From Cyanobacteria bacterium auto_48_18 (GTDB lineage Bacteria > Cyanobacteriota > Vampirovibrionia > Obscuribacterales > Obscuribacteraceae): 64,000 nt of DNA. The stretch is from contig JAVHQC010000020.1 in assembly GCA_036170915.1 (NCBI GenBank), forward strand, positions 64,001-128,000, given 5' to 3'. This document shows, piece by piece, positions 21,301-29,296 of the stretch. Position 1 is the stretch's first letter. Every line of letters starts with the position of its first letter. The notes under the pieces were generated by a model. That model worked only from the letters and a program-made list of their open reading frames with translations, had not been told where the DNA came from and did not search any database. The translations under genes were made by a program, and so were the position numbers.

Positions 21301-21542
21301 CCGGCAATCATGGCAAGAGTCCAGAAATACGCGCCAATCTGTTGAATGGTGGGGCAGGTGCGGTATTGATAACAAGCAAATAGCAGTGGCAGGATTATCT
21401 GAGCGGGCAAAATCCATAGAATCGGCAGGTCGAAGTTCGATCCTGCACCGAACGGATTCAGACGCATCACGGTCATTATGGCTGCGCCGCCTAACAAAGC
21501 CAGCAAGCCAATTAAACTCTTCCGGAATCTGAGCCTGTACAT
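18315..21542 (-). CDS. Large membrane-anchored acidic low-complexity protein with C-terminal Roadblock/LC7 (MglB-like) domain
   Basis: About 4 N-terminal hydrophobic segments; A/S/E/D/P-rich middle with 4 repeats; C-terminal EGVAGSLIVGHDGLVIAS..LGALSTAL..LEIGKLKQMVL Roadblock signature. Confidence 0.8.
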   Translation of the reverse strand: MYRLRFRKSLIGLLALLGGAAIMTVMRLNPFGAGSNFDLPILWILPAQIILPLLFACYQYRTCPTIQQIGAYFWTLAMIAGFGMIADLCVMTEIDRVYRFALIQDGWLVHFNAFTLGFMNILAMISAVNLMQAEQMSSFADAKVAEAQLGRLKAVKVDPETQNKWEKAASHAEAQADGRSLRSTMTNLKAISLQDPSQTLTGPAVSVPREMPKRTPENSGDAGSLASLLDRIGDEPAAIEGEDAGEYIPPAKQPVEAPKPEPTFEPQFDPLEIAALDEKVDTKESVSTGMMGSFRPTSQSSKTVTPSEPFATATSQASPQATAEAASQPSVQPQVSAQAAVNAPSSLDSPTASNTRLQAMKRRNTSTFTKLQSLSASGTGSLTPQVRDTTPQAEPDSLKSLLDRLDDDHVQEPAQALTPPVELVLDTVFKEDGHLEVTVASSSSSSAMDSIAVATPDSTGAIPSAAVQAALAKAKEMAALEAAAAAQEATKEATKITEATASGNHSSLSDRLTASAAAEAPSLANLLDTAESNAADEDQEEEGEALFAGGVDKDIDNLFSDLAPPEAQKEVASAESVSFASDQAEDPFAKTVEVELSPLLSAPLETAQDGEGELTNETAPEEQEEEEPTGLFEGGVDSDIDDIFSELAPPEAQKEVGQAFTKSEDVDPDVASMISGLSAAAPDRDALAAALESKSEPLTQAAEDIEASDDEESGGTLFGAGVDSDIDNIFSELAPPEALKEVKDVLKPRATAAAKVEDFSPPEVQVEAEAESEQEEGLFGETLGEDLDNLFSELTDDKQLEVSPETLAKVKGTIVEAESAAKAETAAKAEAKPPSPRSTGDMPAMTAEQAEQVKAKVESAAEEKPATEEKAAAKTEDKKDSDAKGPNYKEVKEFGRLSTRSGSLKSAPETVGTMKTIGKLLLDVKAVENIIKSGENRKIGSGLSTAKVISAARGEGIKQILVTIDSYEGVAGSLIVGHDGLVIASTVTGSDKDMLGALSTALLSTSNLATKKLEIGKLKQMVLLTKLTTDDGKEIFKSTLLTDVEVGILAVFIEQTDLSKIDGLLETIQKTIHGT
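19137..19907 (-). repeat. Four intragenic 25-26 aa repeats LFxxGVDxDIDNxFSELAPPEAxKEV
   Basis: Copies at 19830-19907, 19575-19652, 19317-19394 and a degenerate copy at 19137-19211. Confidence 0.9.
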
Positions 21543-21708
21543 GAATTCTTGCTAGTCTACCTTTCCTTGTCCCAAGCCATTTAAGGGTTGCTTCCTTTAT
21601 ACCCGGCCCTAAACAAGATTACTAACAGTCCAAAATTTCCACTACCAACTAATTTGTCATTAGCCGTTTGTCAGTAGAACTTATTTAGAAGCATTATTCT
21701 GAGCTAGT

Positions 21709-24288
21709 TTATAGTCTAAACGACGCGGCCAAATCGCGGCTCAAAGTTTCTCGAATGCCGGTAAGAACTTTGTCGATTTCTTCGTTGGCAATAGGCTCGG
21801 TGGCGTGTTGAAAAGTCAATCGGCAGGTTATAGCAGACTGCTTGGATTCTGGTGAGGCTTTGTAGATGCTTACCAGTTCCACTGTTTGCAAGTTAACACC
21901 ACCCGCCTTCCAGATTAGTTTGGAGAGCTGCTCATAGAGCACTTCTTTATCAGTCACATCAAAGTCAGCAGTAATGTCTCTTACTATTTCTGGGCCCGTG
22001 GCAATACCAGCAAATTTCTTTGGTTTGCGTTCTTTTTTCAAGCGGTCGAGATCAAGTTCGAAAATAAATGCTTGTTCGCGCACGTCTTTGCTGTCGGCAA
22101 AGCGTGGATGCAATTGCCCCACGTAGCCAAGTGTAATATTGCTTTCAAAAATGCTGCTTGATTTCTCTGAGTCTTTCTTGGGTTTGGCAGGCCGATTTAG
22201 GGTTAAAACCGCCGATCTGTATGGGTGAAGCCAGGGATACAAATCACTTTCATTTGACAACGTATGCCAGGCAAGCTTGCGTGCGTCAATATTGAGCACA
22301 CTAAGTAGATTCTCCACTATGCCTTTGACTGAATAGAAATCTACCTCTAAGCCTTTTTTGTTGAAGGCTTTAAAACTCTGTCCGCAAACCAGACCAGCCA
22401 GATGATTATTTTCCTTGACGCCGGTTTTAATTTCTTTGCCGCTCTTGCCCTGATTATCGGCAATGTTTTCTAAGTCTTTAAAATAAACTCGACCATGTTC
22501 AAACAACCACACGTCTTTGCGACCGTGATCTTGATTGTAACTGCAGGCATTGACCAGACCCGGTATAAGACTCTGACGCATCAGCTGGTGATCTTTTGAA
22601 AGTGGATTGAGAACTTGGACGGCAAGATCCATGCAGGCGCCTTCTTGATCAATGGGCACCAGACTCGATAACCATGCTTCTGATAATCCCTGGCCGGTAA
22701 GGCAATTTCTGGCTAACTGCAAAGTATCGTCTGGCAAGGAAACAGCCATGGTGGCAGCGGGCATGCAAGCGACAATTTGATCGTAGCCGTTGAGGCGGCA
22801 AACCTCTTCGATGAGATCAATTTCGCGCTTCACGTCATTGATGCGAAAACTGGGCACCATTACTTCAATTTGTTCGCCGGTACCACTGACTGAAAACCCG
22901 AGCGGGGTAAGCAGCTCACTGACTCGTTCGGCGCTCACTTCAAGACCGAGCAACCGTTTAATTTGTGAAGACCGCAATGGTACTTTGGCGGTGCTGACGT
23001 GGTCTGAACCGGCTTGCAGTAAAGGGCCAATCTTAATATTGGCGTCAACGCCAGGCTCTGATTTTTCACCGCAATATTTGGCAATCAAGTATGCCGCCCG
23101 CTCGGCTGCATGACGCACGCTGGCTGGGTCTATACCGCGTTCGAAGCGTAAGCTGGCGTCGCTGGAAAGTCCAAGTGAACGGGAAGCGCGGCGCACCACC
23201 GCTGGGGCAAAGCAGGCCGCTTCGATAATGAGAGCGGTTGAGTGATCATCAATTTCACTATCTTTTCCACCCATAACTCCGGCCACGCCAACTACGGTGT
23301 CACCGTCGGCGATGACGAGCATTTCTTCAGTCAACTTGCGTTCTTTAGCATCAATGGTGGTGATGCTCTCACCGGCTCGGGCGCGTCTCACGGTCAAAGC
23401 GTCGTTGCTTATTCTTTTAACGTCATAAGCGTGCAAAGGCTGCCCGAGTTCATGCATAACATAATTGGTGATATCAACAACATTGTTGACGGTGCGCATA
23501 CCAATTGCAGTGAGGCGCGAGGCTATGAGTGGATGGGAAGGTCCAATTTTAATACCCTCAATTACTCGTAAGGTAATAAACGGGCAGTCACCATTATCAG
23601 GAGTTTCGATGACGGCCCGATTGAATTTTGATGTGGTAGCAGCGTATTTGAGCTCATTCATTGACCAGGTTGATGGCTTAAGCGGACGGCCGAAAAGTGC
23701 TGCCACTTCGCGAGCCAAGCCCATGACAGACAGAGCGTCGCCACGGTTGGAGCGCGGTTCTACGTGCAGAATGAAATCTCGCTGAATTGGCAACAGCTGA
23801 AGAATATCGGTGCCCAACTGAGGGGCTGGTTCGTTTTTATTTTCGTTTAAAATTAAAATGCCGTCTTTAGTGGCACTATCAGTGATGCCGAGTTCAGGAG
23901 GCGAGCAGAGCATGCCGTTCGATTGCACACCGCGTATGGCCGAGGCTTTGATTAGCAGAGGTGAGCCATCGTGGCGATTAATTACTTTTGCACCTGGCAA
24001 AGCTACTGGTATCAGTTGCCCAACTTCAATATTTCCGGCACCACATACGATATCGAGGGGTTCAGCGCCTGCCTTGATGCGGGTTTTGGTCAACCTGATT
24101 TTGTCAGCATTGGGATGCTGAGTAATTTCAAGAATTTCACCGACCACAATCGGACCTGTAAGATCAGGCCCAACCAGAGTTACTTCTTCTACTTCAAAAG
24201 CTCCCATAGTGAGCTTTTCAGCAACCTGGTGAGCTGTGAGGCCACTGAGGTCAACAAACTCAGATAGCCAGTCGAATGAAAGTTTCAT
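21709..24288 (-). CDS. pheT: Phenylalanine--tRNA ligase beta subunit
   Basis: HPNADKI, IVCGAGN, IRGVQSNGMLCS, NRGDALS, NNVVDITNYVM.ELGQPLHAYD, DASLRFERG, DLIEEV.R. Confidence 0.97.
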   Translation of the reverse strand: MKLSFDWLSEFVDLSGLTAHQVAEKLTMGAFEVEEVTLVGPDLTGPIVVGEILEITQHPNADKIRLTKTRIKAGAEPLDIVCGAGNIEVGQLIPVALPGAKVINRHDGSPLLIKASAIRGVQSNGMLCSPPELGITDSATKDGILILNENKNEPAPQLGTDILQLLPIQRDFILHVEPRSNRGDALSVMGLAREVAALFGRPLKPSTWSMNELKYAATTSKFNRAVIETPDNGDCPFITLRVIEGIKIGPSHPLIASRLTAIGMRTVNNVVDITNYVMHELGQPLHAYDVKRISNDALTVRRARAGESITTIDAKERKLTEEMLVIADGDTVVGVAGVMGGKDSEIDDHSTALIIEAACFAPAVVRRASRSLGLSSDASLRFERGIDPASVRHAAERAAYLIAKYCGEKSEPGVDANIKIGPLLQAGSDHVSTAKVPLRSSQIKRLLGLEVSAERVSELLTPLGFSVSGTGEQIEVMVPSFRINDVKREIDLIEEVCRLNGYDQIVACMPAATMAVSLPDDTLQLARNCLTGQGLSEAWLSSLVPIDQEGACMDLAVQVLNPLSKDHQLMRQSLIPGLVNACSYNQDHGRKDVWLFEHGRVYFKDLENIADNQGKSGKEIKTGVKENNHLAGLVCGQSFKAFNKKGLEVDFYSVKGIVENLLSVLNIDARKLAWHTLSNESDLYPWLHPYRSAVLTLNRPAKPKKDSEKSSSIFESNITLGYVGQLHPRFADSKDVREQAFIFELDLDRLKKERKPKKFAGIATGPEIVRDITADFDVTDKEVLYEQLSKLIWKAGGVNLQTVELVSIYKASPESKQSAITCRLTFQHATEPIANEEIDKVLTGIRETLSRDLAASFRL

Positions 24289-25329
24289 TTAGAACTGCTC
24301 CAGAAAACGCAAGTCATTGGTGTAAAAATTGCGAATATCATTGATGTCATATTTGAGCATGGCCAGCCGCTCTAGCCCCATACCAAAAGCGAATCCACTA
24401 AATTCTTCGGGATCGATGCCAACCCCTTTGAGGACGTTGGGATCAACCATGCCGCAACCTAATAGTTCGAGCCAGCCGCGGCCACCGCAGGTCTTGCAAC
24501 CCTTGCCGCTGCAAAAAGGACATTCGCTGTCGAGCTCTGCGCTTGGCTCTGTAAAGGGAAAGAAGTCAGGTCGAAAACGAATTTTCAATTGCTTTTTAAA
24601 CAGGGCCTGGATGAAAGCAGAGAGCGTGCCCTTTAGCTGACCAAAAGTGACGTCTCGATCAATAAGTAAGCCTTCCACCTGGTGAAAGAGCGGATATTTG
24701 CGCGCGTTCACTTCTTCATTGCGATAGACGCGGCCAGGCGCAATGATGCGCAAAGGCGGCTTGTTGTTTTCCATCACGCGAATTTGCACCGTCGATGTTT
24801 GACTGCGCAAAAGCACTGACTGACCCATGTTGGTGTAAAAAGTATCTTGCTCATCGCGAGCCGGGTGAGAGGCGGGCGTATTGAGGGCGTCGAAGTTATA
24901 ATAGTCGGTTTCTACTTCAGGACCATCTGCTACAGAAAAGCCCATGCTGTAGAAAATGCTGATGATCTCGCTGCTGATTTGCGAAAGTGGATGAATATGT
25001 CCGATGGGAGAGCGAGCACCAGGGGCGGTAACATCGATTGCTTCGCGCGCCAGACGTTCTGTCAAACTGGCATCATAAAGTTGTTTGTGCCTTTCTTCGT
25101 GACTCTGCTCAATTTTTTGTTTGGCCTTGTTGCCCAGTTGGCCGGCAGTAGGGCGAAAAGCTTTATCAAGGCTGGCTAAGCCGCGCAAAATTATTGTCAA
25201 TTCGCCTTCGCGACCCAGATATTGCAATCGCAAATTTTCCAAACCGTCTAAACTGGCGGTGGTTTCAATCGCTGAAAGAGCCGCGCTGACCAGACCGTCT
25301 ATTTTGTTCTCGAATTCTTTGGCATCCAT
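24289..25329 (-). CDS. pheS: Phenylalanine--tRNA ligase alpha subunit
   Basis: HPARDEQDTFY, PGRVYR, FHQVEG, FFPFTEPS, GFAFGMGLERLAML. Confidence 0.98.
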   Translation of the reverse strand: MDAKEFENKIDGLVSAALSAIETTASLDGLENLRLQYLGREGELTIILRGLASLDKAFRPTAGQLGNKAKQKIEQSHEERHKQLYDASLTERLAREAIDVTAPGARSPIGHIHPLSQISSEIISIFYSMGFSVADGPEVETDYYNFDALNTPASHPARDEQDTFYTNMGQSVLLRSQTSTVQIRVMENNKPPLRIIAPGRVYRNEEVNARKYPLFHQVEGLLIDRDVTFGQLKGTLSAFIQALFKKQLKIRFRPDFFPFTEPSAELDSECPFCSGKGCKTCGGRGWLELLGCGMVDPNVLKGVGIDPEEFSGFAFGMGLERLAMLKYDINDIRNFYTNDLRFLEQF

Positions 25330-25505
25330 TACTTAGATATCCATTACTGTACTGAACTGAACTAATTTTTTGCTAGATTAGCAGATGAGTCTGCACCATA
25401 ACTTGAAAAGCTGACAGTCGTTGCGATTTGCAATTTTTATCGAGAGAAATTGTCATAAAATAAAACAGTACATTTTCTGACACTGCTGAAATCGCAGGAG
25501 CCAAT

Positions 25506-25985
25506 TTGCCAAGACCTAAATTCAGGAAATTCAGCAGAAGTGCACAAAATATTCCAACCACGCGGGTTTCGGTCATAGTGGTGGCGGACGAACAAATATT
25601 GCTGGTCAAACATCGCAAAGGCAATCGTCAGTATTGGGTTTTGCCAGGGGGCCGGCTCGAGTATGGCGAAAGCTTTGAAGAGTGCGCGGTGCGCGAGATG
25701 AAGGAAGAGACCGGCCTGGAAGTGGCGGTTGACGATTTTGTTTTTCTTTCGGAGGCGATTGCGCCTGACCGTTCGCGACATATTGTCAATGTTTATCTCA
25801 CGGCTCATGTTACCGGCGGTATTTTGAAGTTAGGTGACGAGCCTGTTTTAGCTGCTGTTGACTACTTGCCCATTAAGGATCTGGAGAGCTTAACGCTCTT
25901 TCCACCAGTGGGAAAAACAGTGATTGATTCTTTACCAAGCTCAACGAAAGGCTGCATTCGCTATCTTGGCAATCTCTGGATGTAG
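25506..25985 (+). CDS. NUDIX hydrolase
   Basis: Nudix box GGRLEYGESFEECAVREMKEETG; AGGAG RBS before TTG start. Confidence 0.9.
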   Translation: MPRPKFRKFSRSAQNIPTTRVSVIVVADEQILLVKHRKGNRQYWVLPGGRLEYGESFEECAVREMKEETGLEVAVDDFVFLSEAIAPDRSRHIVNVYLTAHVTGGILKLGDEPVLAAVDYLPIKDLESLTLFPPVGKTVIDSLPSSTKGCIRYLGNLWM

Positions 25986-26030
25986 TATCATTGCCCACTT
26001 GCAAATAACATAATTTCAGGAGATCCAGAA

Positions 26031-26186
26031 ATGGCTCAGCAAAAAGGCATGAAAAGAGCGGTCAAAGTGGCCGAAAGAGCTCGCAAAAAAGTTGTGGCCA
26101 AGAAAGCCGCTGTAGTTCGCCAGGTGAAAAAATTGGTGAAAGAAGTCAGCCAGGCTGCCGGCAAACCAGAAAAAGCCGCTAAATAA
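26031..26186 (+). CDS. Small (51 aa) highly basic Lys/Ala/Val-rich protein, absent from the ORF track
   Basis: AGGAG at 26018-26022, ATG 26031, TAA 26184-26186; MAQQKGMKRAVKVAERARKKVVAKKAAVVRQVKKLVKEVSQAAGKPEKAAK fills the NUDIX-obgE gap. Confidence 0.75.
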   Translation: MAQQKGMKRAVKVAERARKKVVAKKAAVVRQVKKLVKEVSQAAGKPEKAAK

Positions 26187-26195
26187 TTGCAGTTT

Positions 26196-27539
26196 TTATT
26201 GAAGCCCCTCACCGAAGGTGAAGATCACCCCGCCAATGGTGACGTCTGTTCCTGGTTCGGCACCGGCTTCAATTAAAGCGTCGATAATTCCCATGGCTCT
26301 AAGCCTCTGCCAGAGGCTGAAGAGCGCTTCCGGCTCTTTCAAGTTGGTGACTTGAATGATGCGGGTGGCTCTGTCGCTTTCTACCAACAGACCACCTTTG
26401 ATCTGCACAATTTCAAAGCCGGTGCTGCCGTGGTCTACCGCTGCTTCGTCCACTTCCACTTCGGTTGGGGCCACTTTAGCAGCCAGTTGTTTCAAGCGAA
26501 TTACTAGTTTGCCGGTGATGTCGAGTAGCTCAGGCACACCCATGCGTGAATAGGCAGAGAGTAAAAATACTCGCTCTTTCAATTTTAAATCGTCTGCATA
26601 CAGGCTTGTTTGCGAACGCCCGGCAATGGCCGCAGCTACTTTAGCTTGAATCGCTCGAGCATCTTCTTCGGGCATCAATTCGGCTTTGTTGAGCACTACT
26701 AGCTGTGGCAAGTCGCTCAGGCGCTTGTCGTAAAGTGCAAGCTCTTTGTTGATGATTTCCATGTCAGCCAGGACGTCTTCGGCATTGATATCGAGCATAT
26801 GGATAAGCAATCTTGTGCGTTCTGCATGGCGCAAGAAGTTATGACCAAGGCCAATTCCTTGCGAAGCCCCTTCTATAAGTCCCGGAATGTCGGCCATGAC
26901 GTAACCCTCGTAGTTGGCGCCATGCTCAGGCTTGACTACACCGAGATTGGGTTCGAGGGTGGTGAAAGGATAATCGGCGATTTTTGGTTTGGCACGTGTG
27001 GCTGCCGCTAGAAGAGTCGATTTGCCCGCGTTGGGTAGTCCGATAATACCGACGTCGGCAAGCAGCTTCAGAGTCATTTGCAGGCGCCTGGCGATGCCTG
27101 GTTGACCTGGTTCACAATAGTGCGGAGCACGTTTGGTGGGAGTGGCTAATTCGCAATTGCCCTTACCACCATAGCCCCCTTCGGCCACCATCACCCGCTG
27201 GCCGGCGCTGATTAGATCGGCGATTACTTTATCTTTATCGAGATCTTTGATTACAGTGCCCACAGGCACGCGAATGACAATATCTTTGCCGGCCTTACCA
27301 TGGCAATTTTTGTTTCCACCCTTGATGCCTGGTTCTGCTTCAAATTTTTGCTTGAAGCGAAAGTCTACAAGGGTGCTGAGGTCGAGGGTGGCTTCGATGA
27401 AGACGCTGCCGCCGCGGCCGCCATTACCACCATATGGCCCGCCCATGGGCTCATACTTCTCTTTGCGCCACATGACGGCACCATTGCCGCCATCTCCGCT
27501 CACTACTTCTATTTCTACCTGATCGATTAACTGACTCAT
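26196..27539 (-). CDS. obgE: GTPase ObgE/CgtA with C-terminal OCT (DUF1967) domain
   Basis: Gly-rich Obg domain, GLPNAGKST, PKIADYPFTTL.PNLG, DIPGLIEGA. Confidence 0.97.
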   Translation of the reverse strand: MSQLIDQVEIEVVSGDGGNGAVMWRKEKYEPMGGPYGGNGGRGGSVFIEATLDLSTLVDFRFKQKFEAEPGIKGGNKNCHGKAGKDIVIRVPVGTVIKDLDKDKVIADLISAGQRVMVAEGGYGGKGNCELATPTKRAPHYCEPGQPGIARRLQMTLKLLADVGIIGLPNAGKSTLLAAATRAKPKIADYPFTTLEPNLGVVKPEHGANYEGYVMADIPGLIEGASQGIGLGHNFLRHAERTRLLIHMLDINAEDVLADMEIINKELALYDKRLSDLPQLVVLNKAELMPEEDARAIQAKVAAAIAGRSQTSLYADDLKLKERVFLLSAYSRMGVPELLDITGKLVIRLKQLAAKVAPTEVEVDEAAVDHGSTGFEIVQIKGGLLVESDRATRIIQVTNLKEPEALFSLWQRLRAMGIIDALIEAGAEPGTDVTIGGVIFTFGEGLQ

Positions 27540-27770
27540 TTTCTCTACTTAGCTTTTTTGCTTGATCTCGATCTGTCTGATAACTAGATAGATCTTATAC
27601 AGATCCTTTAAGTAGAAAATAATTTATATATACTTAGTTCTAGATCTGTTGGGTTTTACTCTTCTACGTGGCATCAGAATAGCTGGGACCTTTGAGTTTT
27701 TCATAGCACTAAAGAACAGGCGCAAGAATACTTATCCAAGAAGACTTGCAGCAAACCGGGAGGATAGGCC

Positions 27771-27992
27771 TTGGAAGAGAGAATCACAATCCACGAAAAA
27801 GCTCGTGGCGAGACCATTAACGTATATATCGGCGAATATCGAGGTACCAAGTATCTCCACATTCGCGAATGGTACGTTGATAAAGACCAGGAAGAGAAGC
27901 CCACTAAAAAGGGTATTGCTCTGCCAATAGAGAAAATCGCGGCTCTCAAAGAAGCGATCGATCGCCTGGTGCCGGCCTCGGCTGAAGAGTAG
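27771..27992 (+). CDS. PC4/YdbC-like ssDNA-binding protein
   Basis: YRGTKYLHIREWY....EKPTKKGIAL signature of the PC4 fold; GGAGG RBS at 27759. Confidence 0.85.
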   Translation: MEERITIHEKARGETINVYIGEYRGTKYLHIREWYVDKDQEEKPTKKGIALPIEKIAALKEAIDRLVPASAEE

Positions 27993-28038
27993 AATTAGCT
28001 GTTCAAGCGACTTCTAAGTATTGATATCGATTAAATAG

Positions 28039-29085
28039 TTGCAAAAAAACTCGGTTGCTGAGAAAGTAGCTTGTCCTAGCTACGGAGCATTGCTAAGTAT
28101 TTTGCCACAACAAAAAAAATCTAGTCTTCTTGCCTCAAGTTGCCTTTCTTTTGTTCTTTCAGCGCTAACAGTAACCTCTGCTTGCCAGGCTAAAACCCCG
28201 GGCGGAGGTTTTTCTGCTTCTACAGAAAGAGCCGAAACATCTCAGGTCGGTCAAGGCGACGTAGCCGCTGTGTCTAGGCCGACGCCGACTGCAATCAAAA
28301 TTTCTAATTTTCGCCCAAAGCAGGGTGAAGTGATGGAGGTCGTGGTGCTTGCCAAAGACCTGGCCCAAGATCTGGCTCAAAACGCCGGAGCTGAGGCTCC
28401 TGAAGTGGAATTTCTCAAGAATAAGTACAAGCTTTTTGCTTTTGACAGTGAGGATGGCCCCGCCTACCGCGCACTAGTGACGGTGCCAGTGGTAGAAAAA
28501 GCTGGTTCACGCTCTCTTACCATCGGCAATCTAGCTACTCAGGTGCAGGTCATTGATGCTCATTATCCGGTGCAGAGACTGTCACTACCGCCGTCCAAGA
28601 ATAACTTCAACGTGGCTAAGGGCGAAGAAGAAGCTGTGGACAAGGCCAAAGCTACAGTCAGCGCCGAGCGCCACTGGACCAAGAATTTCAATGTTCCTTC
28701 AAAGGCTCGCGTCTCAGCCGGCTTCGGGTTACGACGCATCGTCAACGGCAAACTTTTGCCCGATTATTTTCATAGCGGGCTCGATTATGCCGGATTTTTA
28801 GGCAGTCCAATTTACGCCTGCGCACCAGGGACGGTGATACTGGCCAGCACTGGTGTATTTAAATTGCACGGTAATTGTGTCGCTATCGATCATGGCCAGG
28901 GTGTTGTTTCTTTCTACATTCACATGCAAAAGCTCAATGTCAAATTAGGGCAAAAGGTGGCCGCCGGTCAGACTATCGGAGCCGTGGGACAGACGGGCCG
29001 AGCTAATGGCCCCCATTTGCACTTCAGTATTTATTGCAACAAGGTGGCGTCCAACCCTAAGCAGTGGTATAGCAAAGCCCTTTAG
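28039..29085 (+). CDS. M23 family metallopeptidase, exported; start uncertain
   Basis: HSGLD and GPHLH Zn motifs, IDHGQG..SFYIHM; signal-like segment ending TSACQA. Confidence 0.9.
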   Translation: MQKNSVAEKVACPSYGALLSILPQQKKSSLLASSCLSFVLSALTVTSACQAKTPGGGFSASTERAETSQVGQGDVAAVSRPTPTAIKISNFRPKQGEVMEVVVLAKDLAQDLAQNAGAEAPEVEFLKNKYKLFAFDSEDGPAYRALVTVPVVEKAGSRSLTIGNLATQVQVIDAHYPVQRLSLPPSKNNFNVAKGEEEAVDKAKATVSAERHWTKNFNVPSKARVSAGFGLRRIVNGKLLPDYFHSGLDYAGFLGSPIYACAPGTVILASTGVFKLHGNCVAIDHGQGVVSFYIHMQKLNVKLGQKVAAGQTIGAVGQTGRANGPHLHFSIYCNKVASNPKQWYSKAL

Positions 29086-29131
29086 GTGATTTGGGCCTTG
29101 CTCTCGCAATGGGTGCGGAATTGCAGTCGCC

Positions 29132-29170
29132 AATTCGCAGAGAAAAATTCGCAATATTTCTCTGCGAATT
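29132..29170. terminator. Perfect 14-bp inverted repeat between convergent M23 and sepF
   Basis: AATTCGCAGAGAAA-N11-TTTCTCTGCGAATT. Confidence 0.5.
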
Positions 29171-29203
29171 TGACAGCACCTTTTTACTTGCTGCCGACAG
29201 ACG

Positions 29204-29236
29204 AAAAAAAAGAGCAAGTATAACCTTGCCCTTTTT
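29204..29236 (-). terminator. Intrinsic terminator of sepF
   Basis: Minus strand AAAAAGGGCAAG-GTTATA-CTTGCTC followed by T8. Confidence 0.75.
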
Positions 29237-29242
29237 CTTTGA

Positions 29243-29294
29243 TTCCTGAAAGTTTCCTGAGGGATTCCTGATTAGTTTCCTGAGGGTTTCCTGA
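29243..29294. repeat. Five phased TTCCTGA heptamers
   Basis: Starts at 29243, 29254, 29265, 29277, 29288. Confidence 0.85.
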
Positions 29295-29296
29295 AC

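Noticed and set aside
25330..25505. T-box or pheM-type attenuator upstream of pheS
   Set aside because: No T-box consensus, Phe-rich leader or terminator hairpin seen
28013..28040. TATTGATATCGATTA as a fourth palindrome copy
   Set aside because: Only about 14/22 identity with broken symmetry; could be chance
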